This document shows, piece by piece, positions 19,361-29,079 of a stretch of DNA of 64,000 bases. Each line of letters begins with the position of its first letter. Position 1 is the first letter of the stretch. A program made the position numbers and the translations under genes. The notes below the pieces were generated by a model that saw only the letters and a list, made by a program, of their open reading frames with translations, searched no databases and was not told the DNA's origin. Origin of the DNA: Gammaproteobacteria bacterium. GTDB taxonomy: Bacteria > Pseudomonadota > Gammaproteobacteria > Nitrosococcales > Methylophagaceae. The DNA lies in NCBI GenBank assembly GCA_014859375.1, contig JACUUH010000008.1:1705-65704 (forward strand), read 5' to 3'.

Positions 19361-20125
19361 ATGGCCCAAGCACATAAACTCAATCTTTGCAGCCAAGGTA
19401 TTGCCCTTAAAGCCCTTTTTAGTGGTTACTTAATCGTTGTTGCAATCGGTTATCTAATGGCTGTAGTACAAATTCAATTCACCCATGGTATGGCCGATGG
19501 TGAAATGGGTTTATCGGTTGATGACATTGTTTATAGCTATTATGGTAAGCGTTCTGGCTCAGCCTTAGAAGCAAAACTAAATGGCTCAATGAAACTAATG
19601 GCACCAGAAGCAGATCGTTTAAAAATCATCAATTGGGTACACAAAGGCGCTGATGAACAAGCATTTTATGATAACGGTATTCGTAAAATTTTCGATACTA
19701 ACTGTGTGAGTTGTCACAATGCCTCATCAGGTCTGCCAATTCCCGATTGGACCAAGTTTGAAACTATTGCCAAACGTGCTGAAACCGATACAGGTGCAAG
19801 CTTTTCTTCATTAGCTCGTGTATCCCACATCCACTTATTTGGTATTGCCTTTATTTTTATGTTTGTAGGGTTAATCTTTAGTTTAGCTGCTGGCGTGCCG
19901 AAAGTGCTTAAATCGGTAGTCATTGTTATGCCTTACATTTTCTTAATCATCGATATTTCATCGTGGTGGCTTACAAAATTAAACCCTAACTTTGCTTATC
20001 TTGTTATTTTTGGCGGTGGTGCGATGGCGCTATCATTTGCTTTTATGTGGATTGTTTCGATGTATGAAATGTGGATCATGCCTCGCCTTCATCACGATAG
20101 CCGTGATGCGCTGTTGGATGAATAA
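19361..20125 (+). CDS. uncharacterised membrane protein with a single CxxCH haem-c motif
   Basis: 254 aa. One N-terminal TM helix, a ~120-aa hydrophilic segment containing CVSCH (nt 19703-19717), then three hydrophobic helices. Confidence 0.55.
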   Translation: MAQAHKLNLCSQGIALKALFSGYLIVVAIGYLMAVVQIQFTHGMADGEMGLSVDDIVYSYYGKRSGSALEAKLNGSMKLMAPEADRLKIINWVHKGADEQAFYDNGIRKIFDTNCVSCHNASSGLPIPDWTKFETIAKRAETDTGASFSSLARVSHIHLFGIAFIFMFVGLIFSLAAGVPKVLKSVVIVMPYIFLIIDISSWWLTKLNPNFAYLVIFGGGAMALSFAFMWIVSMYEMWIMPRLHHDSRDALLDE

Positions 20126-20161
20126 AGTCCAAGTTTATTTCTTAGATTAAGAACCCAAAAA

Positions 20162-20199
20162 AGTCCCTTTAATGTTGAATGATTAAAGGGGCTTTTTTA
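20162..20199 (+). terminator. rho-independent terminator ending the cbb-linked transcription unit
   Basis: AGTCCCTTTAAT-GTTGAATG-ATTAAAGGGGCT (12-bp stem, one G.U) followed by TTTTTT. Confidence 0.8.
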
Positions 20200-20226
20200 T
20201 TGCTTGACCTCATAAACAGAGTGCTT

Positions 20227-20715
20227 ATGGAAACCGTTTCTTTATTTGTTGATGTACAAAATATTTACTACACCACTCGCCAGACATATAAATGTCACTT
20301 TGACTATAATAAATTTTGGACTGAAGCGACGGCTAATCGACAACTAGTCAAAGCAATCGCCTATACCACTGATCGTGGTGATGATAAACAAAGGCAGTTT
20401 CAAAACATATTACGAGCCATTGGCTTTGAGGTAAAACTAAAGCCCTTCATTCAACGCGCAGATGGTTCAGCTAAAGGTGATTGGGATGTAGGAATTACCC
20501 TCGACGCTATCGAATATGCCGCTAATTCAGATGTAATCGTATTAGCCTCGGGTGATGGCGACTTTGATTTATTGGTCAGAAAAATGCGTGAAAAATATAA
20601 GGTCAACGTTGAAGTCTATGGTGTACCTCAGCTAACAGCAAAATCCTTAATTGATGCAGCATCGGTATTTAAGCCGATTGATAATCATCTATTACTTAAG
20701 AAATCATCACGTTAA
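20227..20715 (+). CDS. NYN domain (LabA/DUF88-like) protein
   Basis: METVSLFVDVQNIYY...GDWDVGITLDAI......DVIVLASGDGDFDLLV is typical NYN/LabA. The track start at 20179 lies inside the upstream terminator, so ATG 20227 is preferred. Confidence 0.75.
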   Translation: METVSLFVDVQNIYYTTRQTYKCHFDYNKFWTEATANRQLVKAIAYTTDRGDDKQRQFQNILRAIGFEVKLKPFIQRADGSAKGDWDVGITLDAIEYAANSDVIVLASGDGDFDLLVRKMREKYKVNVEVYGVPQLTAKSLIDAASVFKPIDNHLLLKKSSR

Positions 20716-20746
20716 ACTCTCAGGTCCACTTCAACAAAATTAAATT

Positions 20747-20977
20747 AACCTCAGTTCTGGATAAGAATAGTCAGCTAACCTATAACGAACAATGACTTAC
20801 CAACAAATAGCTAGTAAAACCACTAAAACCAGTTTTAATAACATAAGCAGTGCCTTTGTTTTAGTGGATATCAAGGCAGATTTACGTAACAATAGCCCGG
20901 CTATTGCAAGAAAATCTAACGCGGATAGCCGCTAAAACAAAGCTGCTGGATGGCTGTGCTTATCCAGAACTGAGGTT
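20747..20977. mobile_element. 231-bp MITE-like non-autonomous element
   Basis: Perfect 19-bp terminal inverted repeats: AACCTCAGTTCTGGATAAG at 20747-20765 and its reverse complement at 20959-20977. Flanked by the direct repeat AAATT (20742-20746 and 20978-20982). No ORF of 60 aa or more; several internal hairpins. A related 42-bp copy is at 12161. Confidence 0.6.
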
Positions 20978-20980
20978 AAA

Positions 20981-22330
20981 TTAAGTCCTCTCATCCTGAA
21001 AATAGGATTTTGTCAGTTTAAACACGACTGGGCTTAATAATAGCAACGCAACCAAGTTAGGTAATGCCATCAATGCATTTAGGGTATCAGCCACCAGCCA
21101 GATAAAAGACAGTTGAGCGCTAGCACCTATTGGCACTGCTATCACCCAACATACTCTAAATGGAATAATCGAACGCACGCCAAATAAATATTCAACACAA
21201 CGCTCACCATAAACACTCCAGCCAAGAATGGTGGTGAAGGCAAAAACACTTAAACCTAAGGTCACAATATAAGCACCCCATCCCGGTAACACCGATTCAA
21301 ATGCTAACGATGACAAGGTGGCACCTGTTTCACCACTGGTCCACACACCTGACACAATAATAACTAAGCCGGTAATTGAACAAACGACGATGGTATCAAT
21401 AAAGGTACCAAGCATTGCAATCGTACCTTGACGCACTGAACTATCGGTGGTTGCAGCGGCATGAGCAATAGGTGCACTACCCAGGCCTGCTTCATTAGAA
21501 AAAATGCCTCTGGCTACCCCAAAGCGAATTGCCGCCCACACTGCTGCACCGGCGAAACCAGCAGTTGCTGCAACGGGTGTAAAGGCTGATTTAAAAATCA
21601 GGGCAAATGCAGCCGGTAACATGTTTGCATTACTAATCAGGATAAAACCGCCAGCAACGACATAACTAATTGCCATAAATGGCACTAATTTACCGGCAAC
21701 TTGAGCAATACGTTTAATACCACCGATCAAAACCAGACCAACCAAAATGGCAATAACTAACCCTGTTGCCAAGTGAGGAATTGCAAATTTGGAATGTAAT
21801 ACGTCAGCAACAGAGTTAGCCTGAATGGTATTACCAATGCCAAATCCTGCCAGCGCACCGAATATAGCAAATGCAGTACCCAACCATATAAACCTGGGGC
21901 CTAATCCATTTTTTATGTAATACATGGGGCCACCGACTTTGTTACCTTTTTCATCGGTTTCTCGAAAATGAACCGCTAATACCGCCTCTGCATATTTGGT
22001 CGCCATACCAACTAATGCCGTCATCCACATCCAAAACAAGGCTCCGGGGCCACCAAGGAAAATAGCGGTGGCAACCCCGGCAATATTACCTGTTCCAATC
22101 GTAGCTGATAATGAGGTCATCAAGGCATTAAACGGCAAGATATCACCTTCACCTCGCTGCTGTTTATCGCGACCTCGCCACAACATTGAGAAGCCATAGC
22201 CCAGTTTTAGTAATGGCATTAGCTTTAAGCCCAGCATTAAAAAAATACCCGTACCAAGAATCAGTACAAGCATTACGGGTCCCCACACGATATTGTTTAA
22301 CTGTGAGATTAGATCTGTCAGCCATGTCAT
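20981..22330 (-). CDS. alanine/glycine:cation (sodium) symporter, AGCS family
   Basis: Polytopic protein with the typical AGCS N-terminus (IVWGPVMLVLILGTGIFL) and SATIGTGNIAGVATAI. ATG 22330 (preceded by AAGAG) is preferred over the track GTG at 22348. Confidence 0.9.
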   Translation of the reverse strand: MTWLTDLISQLNNIVWGPVMLVLILGTGIFLMLGLKLMPLLKLGYGFSMLWRGRDKQQRGEGDILPFNALMTSLSATIGTGNIAGVATAIFLGGPGALFWMWMTALVGMATKYAEAVLAVHFRETDEKGNKVGGPMYYIKNGLGPRFIWLGTAFAIFGALAGFGIGNTIQANSVADVLHSKFAIPHLATGLVIAILVGLVLIGGIKRIAQVAGKLVPFMAISYVVAGGFILISNANMLPAAFALIFKSAFTPVAATAGFAGAAVWAAIRFGVARGIFSNEAGLGSAPIAHAAATTDSSVRQGTIAMLGTFIDTIVVCSITGLVIIVSGVWTSGETGATLSSLAFESVLPGWGAYIVTLGLSVFAFTTILGWSVYGERCVEYLFGVRSIIPFRVCWVIAVPIGASAQLSFIWLVADTLNALMALPNLVALLLLSPVVFKLTKSYFQDERT

Positions 22331-22500
22331 GTTTATTACTCTTTGCACACTATTATTAGTGCCAATGCTAACACTGAGTTTTGAGATTTACCTAACGCGA
22401 TTTTTAGTTAAATCGCCTGCAAGATTAACGTCTTAGCTCAACGTTGCGCTAGATCTAACCGTGGTAATAGCTCATTAATTATGCCCCGTCGACTTCAAAT

Positions 22501-24402
22501 TTATTCAGCATTTTGTTTGGCTTCTAGCGCATCCCAGCGTTCATAGGCCTGTTCAAGTTCGGTGTTCAGACTCGCTAATTCATCCTGTACTTTGGTGATT
22601 TTGTCTTGAGATTGTTGATAAAACTCAGGTTGGTTAATCACCGTCATTAACTCAGCCTGTTGCTGTTCTAATGCTTCAATTTTTTGTGGATATGCCGCTA
22701 AATCCAATTGTTCCTGGTAGCTTAAATTTGATTTCTTTTTAGCTGGTTTTGCTTGAGGTTTAACCGCTTTATTAGCCGCTTTAGCCTGTGATTGAGCAGC
22801 CTTTTTATCTTGCGCGCGCTGTTGCTGCCAATCGTCATAACCACCAATATATTCACGAACTTGGCCATCGTCATCAAACACAATCGTACTCATCGCAACA
22901 TTATTTAAGAAGCTACGATCATGGCTGACCAGTAATAATGTGCCTTGGTAATTCAACAATAGATCTTCCAGTAAGTCTAAGGTTTCAGCATCAAGATCAT
23001 TAGTCGGTTCATCCATCACCAATAAATTAGCAGGTTGCGTAAACAATTTTGCCAATAACAAGCGATTACGTTCGCCACCAGAAAGTGATTTTATCGGTGT
23101 TCGTGCCCGTTCAGGTGAGAATAGAAAATCTTGTAAATAGCCCATAACATGTTTACTGGCACCATTGATGTCAATGTAATCTTTGCCCTGACCTACATTA
23201 TCGACCACACTCATGTTTTCATCTAATTGACTACGTAGCTGATCAAAATAGGCAACTTCGATTTTAGTACCCAGTCTTATTTGGCCTGTTTCAGGTTTGT
23301 TTCGACCCAATAAAATTGATAGTAAGGTACTCTTACCACAGCCATTTGGCCCAATCACACCAATACGATCACCGCGTTGAATAACAGTGCTAAAGTCCTT
23401 GAATAGCACCCTTCCATCATAGCTCTGCCCTATGCCTTCAGCTTCAACTACCAACTTGCCGCTACGATCAGCTTCTTGCAATTTCATTTTGACGTTACCC
23501 TGCACTTCTCGTCTGGCACTACGTTCACGACGCAATTGTTCCAAGGCGCGAACACGGCCTTCATTACGGGTTCTTCGGGCTTTGATACCTTGGCGGATCC
23601 ACACTTCTTCTTGTGCCAATTTTTTATCAAATAAAGCATTTTGTTGCGCTTCTTGTTCCAACATAGCTTCACGACGCACTAAGAAATTAGCGTAATCACC
23701 AGGGAAACTGACTAAATTACCGCGATCAAGCTGGACGATACGTGTTGCCAATGCCTGTAAAAAGCTGCGATCGTGGGTGATAAATAACACGGTGCCTTCA
23801 TAGCTTTTTAAAAAGTCTTCCAGCCATGTGATCGATGCGATATCAAGGTGATTAGTCGGCTCATCCAGCAATAAGATATCAGGATCTTTGACCAAAGCCT
23901 GTGCCAATAGAACACGACGCTTCATACCACCCGATAAGCCTGCAAAATCAACATCAGGATCTAAACTCAAACGCGATAAAACACTTTCAACACGTTGCTC
24001 AACCGACCAACCATCAACGGCTTCTAATTTGTGTTGCGCTTTTTCGAGTTCGGCCAATATTTTTTCAGAATAGTCTGTTTCCATACGATGAAGCACGTCA
24101 TGGTAGGCACTCAATATTGGCGCAATATCGCCCAAACCCTGAGCTACTACATCAAACACTGTGCCATGCGTTCCGGCAGGTACTTCTTGTTCCAGACGAG
24201 CAATTTTTAGATCTTGCCCGACAATTTCCCCTGAATCTTGTTTAATCTCACCCGCAATCAGTTTCATTAACGTCGATTTTCCTGCACCATTGCGCCCAAC
24301 TAAACAGACTCGCTCACCATGATCGAGTTGGAAATCAACTTTATTTAATAAATTCGGCCCGCCAAAACTCACGGTAATTTGTTTTAATGACAATAACGCC
24401 AC
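22501..24402 (-). CDS. uup: ABC-F family ATPase Uup
   Basis: 633 aa. Two ABC cassettes (GRNGAGKST, GPNGCGKST), inter-domain linker KLAQEEVWIRQGIKARRTRNEGRVRAL and a C-terminal coiled coil. Collinear with E. coli Uup. Confidence 0.9.
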   Translation of the reverse strand: MALLSLKQITVSFGGPNLLNKVDFQLDHGERVCLVGRNGAGKSTLMKLIAGEIKQDSGEIVGQDLKIARLEQEVPAGTHGTVFDVVAQGLGDIAPILSAYHDVLHRMETDYSEKILAELEKAQHKLEAVDGWSVEQRVESVLSRLSLDPDVDFAGLSGGMKRRVLLAQALVKDPDILLLDEPTNHLDIASITWLEDFLKSYEGTVLFITHDRSFLQALATRIVQLDRGNLVSFPGDYANFLVRREAMLEQEAQQNALFDKKLAQEEVWIRQGIKARRTRNEGRVRALEQLRRERSARREVQGNVKMKLQEADRSGKLVVEAEGIGQSYDGRVLFKDFSTVIQRGDRIGVIGPNGCGKSTLLSILLGRNKPETGQIRLGTKIEVAYFDQLRSQLDENMSVVDNVGQGKDYIDINGASKHVMGYLQDFLFSPERARTPIKSLSGGERNRLLLAKLFTQPANLLVMDEPTNDLDAETLDLLEDLLLNYQGTLLLVSHDRSFLNNVAMSTIVFDDDGQVREYIGGYDDWQQQRAQDKKAAQSQAKAANKAVKPQAKPAKKKSNLSYQEQLDLAAYPQKIEALEQQQAELMTVINQPEFYQQSQDKITKVQDELASLNTELEQAYERWDALEAKQNAE

Positions 24403-24405
24403 GTT

Positions 24406-26313
24406 TTATTCCTCAGCAGCTTCTGCCGCTTCCAATTGTTCACTTGCTTCAAACCAGTCTAATTCGGCTTGTTCCAAGTCTGATTTATGCGTTGCTTGCT
24501 CTAATAACACCGCTTTTAATTGATCTTTATTTTTATCTTCATAGAGACTGTTATCAGCTAATTTTTGTTCAACATCAGCTAATTTAGCTTGTAACTGCTC
24601 CATTTTGTGTTCAGCTTTTTTGACAGTATTGCGTAAAGGCTGAAGTTTCTGACGAGCAGCCGCAGCTTGTCGTCGATCCTGTTTTTTCGTGTTTGAACTT
24701 ACATTTCCTGACGCTGTTTGCTCAATAGGTTTTTTATCTTTATTAGCCAACCATTGTCGATAATCATCCAAATCACCATCAAACGCTTTGGCTTGGCCAT
24801 CGGATACCAACCATAGATCATCTGCCACCGTACGAAGTAAATGACGATCATGTGAAACGACAACTAACGCCCCTTCAAACTCCTGCAAAGCCATAGTTAA
24901 GGCTAGGCGCATGTCTAAATCAAGGTGATTAGTGGGTTCATCTAACAATAATAATGCAGGACGTTGATAGACTAATAAGGCCAGCACTAATCGTGCTTTT
25001 TCACCACCTGAAAAAGGAGCAACCGGTGCTAAAGCATCATCACCATGGAAGCCAAACCCACCGATAAATTTACGTAACTCCGTTTCACTGGCTTGCCGAT
25101 CCAGACGTTGCAAATGCTGTAATGGACTTTCATCCATCGTTAATTGTTCTAATTGATGCTGGGCAAAGTAGGCAACACCAATATCTTTGGCTAGTTTGCG
25201 TTTACCTTGCAATGGTTGCAGCACACCCGCAATCAATTTAATTAAGGTTGATTTACCTGCACCATTTGGCCCTAATAAGCCAATCCGATCACCTGGCGCT
25301 AATGATAGTTTGACACCAGAAATCAATGGCGTTTCGTTATAACCAACAGCGACTTTATCTAAAGACAACAATGGTGCTGTTAAGCGTGTTGGTTCAAAAA
25401 AACTAAAATGAAACGGGGAATCAACATGAGCTGGTGCAATCAACTCCATTCGCTCTAATGCTTTAACCCTGCTTTGTGCCTGTTTAGCTTTGGTGGCTTT
25501 TGCTTTAAAGCGAGTCACAAAACTACGAATATGGGCAATTTCACGCTGCTGTTTATTATGCGCTGCGTGTTGATGCGCTAAATGTTCAGCTCGTGCTAGT
25601 TCAAAATCAGAATAGTTGCCACTATATGATTTGATCCGCTGTTGTTCGATGTGCACAATTTGGGTAACGACACGATCAAGAAAATCCCGATCATGTGAAA
25701 TCAATACTAAGGTGCCTTGATAACTACGCAACCATTCTTCTAGCCAGTAAACCGCTTCTAAATCCAAATGGTTGGTCGGCTCATCAAGTAATAATAAGTC
25801 CGAACGACACATTAAGGCTTGTGCCAAGTTGAGCCGCATCCGCCAGCCACCAGAAAAAGAAACGACGGGATGATTTTCTTGTTCAGCAGTAAAGCCTAAA
25901 CCATGTAATAAGCGACCAGCGCGACTACGTGCGGTATAACCATCGATTGCCGCTAATTTATCATGCAGTTCACTTTGGCTATGGCCATCGTGCTCTTGTT
26001 CGGCTTTTTCTAATTTTTGGTGTAACTGAGTATAGTCACTGTCACCCTCTAATACATAGTCAATGGCCGGAATATCAACTGCTGGCATTTCTTGAGCAAC
26101 ATGAGCAATAACCCATGAATCAGGTATCGATACACTTCCTTGATCAGCATGTAACTGATCTTGTAATACAGCAAACAAACTGGATTTTCCGGTACCATTT
26201 GCACCGGTTAAACCCACTTTCTGACCAGGATGCACAGTCAAGTTTGCAGATTCAAACAGCAAACGAGTGCCGCGGCGTATTGAGACATTATTAAGCTTTA
26301 TCATGGCGCGCAT
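24406..26313 (-). CDS. yheS: ABC-F family ATPase YheS
   Basis: 635 aa. [32 protein letters not shown] and RFKAKATKAKQAQSRVKALERMELIAPAHVDSPF are nearly collinear with E. coli YheS. Its stop lies 3 nt before the uup start. Confidence 0.9.
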   Translation of the reverse strand: MRAMIKLNNVSIRRGTRLLFESANLTVHPGQKVGLTGANGTGKSSLFAVLQDQLHADQGSVSIPDSWVIAHVAQEMPAVDIPAIDYVLEGDSDYTQLHQKLEKAEQEHDGHSQSELHDKLAAIDGYTARSRAGRLLHGLGFTAEQENHPVVSFSGGWRMRLNLAQALMCRSDLLLLDEPTNHLDLEAVYWLEEWLRSYQGTLVLISHDRDFLDRVVTQIVHIEQQRIKSYSGNYSDFELARAEHLAHQHAAHNKQQREIAHIRSFVTRFKAKATKAKQAQSRVKALERMELIAPAHVDSPFHFSFFEPTRLTAPLLSLDKVAVGYNETPLISGVKLSLAPGDRIGLLGPNGAGKSTLIKLIAGVLQPLQGKRKLAKDIGVAYFAQHQLEQLTMDESPLQHLQRLDRQASETELRKFIGGFGFHGDDALAPVAPFSGGEKARLVLALLVYQRPALLLLDEPTNHLDLDMRLALTMALQEFEGALVVVSHDRHLLRTVADDLWLVSDGQAKAFDGDLDDYRQWLANKDKKPIEQTASGNVSSNTKKQDRRQAAAARQKLQPLRNTVKKAEHKMEQLQAKLADVEQKLADNSLYEDKNKDQLKAVLLEQATHKSDLEQAELDWFEASEQLEAAEAAEE

Positions 26314-26355
26314 TGTACCTGATTGCTGATAATCAGGTGAGTTAAACCATTGAAA

Positions 26356-27048
26356 TCAGTCTGTCAAAACCTGATCTGGTAATTGCCAGTTAATTTGCGT
26401 TTTACCATGTTGTTTTAAATAGGTATTAGCCTGACTAAAATGTTTACAGCCTAAAAAGCCACGATGCGCTGACAAGGGAGATGGATGCGGTGCTGTTAAA
26501 ACCAAATGTTTCGATCTATCGATCATTGCACCTTTTTTCTGGGCATAACTGCCCCACAACATAAATACGACATGGTCACAGTGCTGATTAACTATCGAAA
26601 TAATTTTATCAGTAAAGTGTTCCCACCCTTTGCCCTGATGGGCATTAGCATTGGAATCAACCACGGTTAACACTGCATTTAACAGCAATACACCTTGTGT
26701 TGCCCATGATTCCAAATAACCATGGTTTACCGGTTGAATACCCAAATCAGTCTGTAGTTCTTTATATATATTGACCAGAGAAGGCGGTATTTTTACGCTT
26801 GGCAAAACCGAAAAACATAAACCGTGTGCCTGCTTAGGCTGATGATAGGGATCTTGACCCAGAATAACGACTTTTACATTATCTAATGGCGTTGTCTCTA
26901 ATGCGTGAAACCAGTTAGACGAATGTGGATAAATAACTTTACCTTGATCCTTTTCAGAACGAAGAAAGGCTTTTAGTTGTTGCATATAGCTTTGTTCAAA
27001 TTCACTATTTAAGTGTGCTTGCCAACTGGCTGCGTTTTCTAAAGCCAC
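26356..27048 (-). CDS. ung: uracil-DNA glycosylase
   Basis: 230 aa. GQDPYH, GLCFSV and HPSPLSA motifs. Confidence 0.95.
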   Translation of the reverse strand: MALENAASWQAHLNSEFEQSYMQQLKAFLRSEKDQGKVIYPHSSNWFHALETTPLDNVKVVILGQDPYHQPKQAHGLCFSVLPSVKIPPSLVNIYKELQTDLGIQPVNHGYLESWATQGVLLLNAVLTVVDSNANAHQGKGWEHFTDKIISIVNQHCDHVVFMLWGSYAQKKGAMIDRSKHLVLTAPHPSPLSAHRGFLGCKHFSQANTYLKQHGKTQINWQLPDQVLTD

Positions 27049-27138
27049 ATCGTTTCTCTTTCGGTTTGTTATTAATCGACTATATTACGTTAAGCTACTA
27101 TTCTATAGCACTGTTCCACCGTTTATCCAGGCTATCTC

Positions 27139-28467
27139 GTGAACCTTACCCACGATCCCATTCCACATTTACTTAAGAAAATTGCGATTCCTGCAAGCAT
27201 CGGTATGTTTTTCAACACGATGTATTATGTCGTTGATAACTTCTATGCAGGCATGTTGTCATCAACAGCACTGGCAGGAATATCGTTAGCTGCACCTATT
27301 CTATTTCTAGGTCTAGCTATCGCTGTTGGTGTAGGGCAAGGCACCAATGCGTTAGTTGGTAATGCGCGCGGACAAAACAATCATCAGCTTGCACAAAAAT
27401 ATGCTGGGCACGCCTTGTCGTTTGCATGGCTATCGGCATTATTAGTTGGCTTAATCATTTGGTTGTCAGCACCGATGTTATTCTCTGTGATGTCGGCACA
27501 AGGTGATTATACGGTTGATGCATTTAAGTATTTATCCATCATTTTGCCGACATTGGGCTTAATGGCCTATGGCATGGCTGCCAATGGTATTTTGAATTCC
27601 CTCGGTGATACGACCAGTCTGCGTAATAGTTTAGTGGTCGCCTTTGTTGCCAATATTGTGCTCGATCCCCTATTGATGTTCGGCTTTAATTGGGGCATTT
27701 ATGGTCTTGCGGCGGCTACCGCACTGACACAGTTCGGTAGTGCACTTTATCTGACCTATAAACTTAGTCAAAGTCAGTTATCAGGCTGTCTACTGTTTGC
27801 TAATTTAAAACCAAATTGGCTGCATTACCGCGCACTGATAGCACAATCACTGCCTGCCAGTACCAATATGTTTTTGGTGGCTTTAGGTTCACTGTTAATT
27901 ACTTCAGCGGTGGCTCGTTTTGGTGAAGATGCCGTTGCCGGATTAGGCATCGCTTTACGCATAGAACAACTGGTTTTACTGCCAACAATCGGCATCAACA
28001 TTGCCGTTTTATCTTTGGTCAGCGTTAACTATGGCGCTAAAAACTATCAACGCATGCAGCATGTTGCCTTGGACTCAATTAAGATCGGCACATCGTTAAT
28101 GGTGATGGGTGGCGTAGCACTCTTTATCTTTGCTCGACCACTTTTAGCTTTGTTCACTGATAATGAAGCTGTGATTACGATCGGTATTGGCTATTTACGA
28201 ATTGAGGCGATCATTCTGCCTGCCTATGTGTTGTCATTTGTGGCGGGTGCGGTGTTACAAGGGATGAAACGCCCAATTATTCCACTATATTTCAATATTG
28301 TGCGTCAACTGGTTTTGCCTTTTATTTTTATTGTGATCGCACTGGGTCTGTTTGGCGTAGGTATTTATGGTGTCTGGGGCTCAATTGCCATTGCTACCTG
28401 GATAACGGCCAGTATGCAATTTTTGCATATGCGTAATTTAGTCTTAAAAATGTCACCGCGATCTTAA
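27139..28467 (+). CDS. MATE family efflux transporter
   Basis: 442 aa with GTG start. Twelve-TM pattern with a typical MATE N-terminus (LLKKIAIPASIGMFFNTMYYVVDNFYAG). Confidence 0.8.
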   Translation: MNLTHDPIPHLLKKIAIPASIGMFFNTMYYVVDNFYAGMLSSTALAGISLAAPILFLGLAIAVGVGQGTNALVGNARGQNNHQLAQKYAGHALSFAWLSALLVGLIIWLSAPMLFSVMSAQGDYTVDAFKYLSIILPTLGLMAYGMAANGILNSLGDTTSLRNSLVVAFVANIVLDPLLMFGFNWGIYGLAAATALTQFGSALYLTYKLSQSQLSGCLLFANLKPNWLHYRALIAQSLPASTNMFLVALGSLLITSAVARFGEDAVAGLGIALRIEQLVLLPTIGINIAVLSLVSVNYGAKNYQRMQHVALDSIKIGTSLMVMGGVALFIFARPLLALFTDNEAVITIGIGYLRIEAIILPAYVLSFVAGAVLQGMKRPIIPLYFNIVRQLVLPFIFIVIALGLFGVGIYGVWGSIAIATWITASMQFLHMRNLVLKMSPRS

Positions 28468-28686
28468 AAAAATCTGCATGACTCATCTCTTGTTTGTCGA
28501 TCATCGGATCAAGAAGTACTGCCATCACAGCCAGTTTTGGTGTTTACCAACATACTAAGGCTAAAAAACTGGTTAGAAACTGTGTCGAACTAGCCTAATC
28601 CTGCCTGTTTGTAATATAGTTGCCATGAACAATTCAATCTAAAAACCAGACACTAAGGATAGTTTTGCTTGAGGTGAAAATTCAAC

Positions 28687-29079
28687 ATGACACAAAAAAT
28701 CGTCAAAACTGAGTCACAATGGCGTCAACAGTTAAATGAACAGCAGTATAAAGTAACGCGCCAAGCAGCTACTGAACCGCCATTTTCAGGAGAATATGTT
28801 GATCACAATGCGCCTGGTGTTTATCACTGCATCTGTTGTCATCAACCGCTATTTGCATCCGAAACCAAATTTGATGCCGGTTGTGGCTGGCCCAGTTTTA
28901 ATGCCCAAATTGAACATGGCGTGGTCAGTCACCATGCAGATCACAGTTTGGGTATGGATAGAACTGAGGTTCGTTGCCAACAGTGTGATGCTCATTTAGG
29001 TCATGTGTTTGATGATGGCCCTGCTCCAACCGGTTTACGTTATTGCATTAACTCGGTAGCACTTAAGTTTGATGACTGA
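28687..29079 (+). CDS. msrB: peptide-methionine (R)-S-oxide reductase
   Basis: 130 aa. Two CxxC zinc motifs (CICC.., [12 protein letters not shown]) and the catalytic RYCINS. Confidence 0.95.
   Translation: MTQKIVKTESQWRQQLNEQQYKVTRQAATEPPFSGEYVDHNAPGVYHCICCHQPLFASETKFDAGCGWPSFNAQIEHGVVSHHADHSLGMDRTEVRCQQCDAHLGHVFDDGPAPTGLRYCINSVALKFDD

Noticed and set aside
20179-20226. Sixteen-codon N-terminal extension of the NYN protein in the ORF track.
   Set aside because: The extension lies within the stem, loop and T-tract of the upstream terminator (20162-20199). The NYN domain starts right at METVSLFVDV.
22349-22500. Checked the 5' region of the alanine/glycine symporter gene (minus strand) for a glycine riboswitch.
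   Set aside because: I could not find the conserved GGAGAG...CACCGAAGGGGCAA-type cores on either strand. There are only two short generic hairpins.
28468-28686. A 219-bp unassigned spacer upstream of msrB, with an 8-bp stem CCAGTTTT...AAAACTGG (28531-28572) and two ACTAAGG repeats.
   Set aside because: The loop is 26 nt, there is no U-tract, and it resembles no riboswitch or sRNA class I know. The evidence is insufficient to call a feature.
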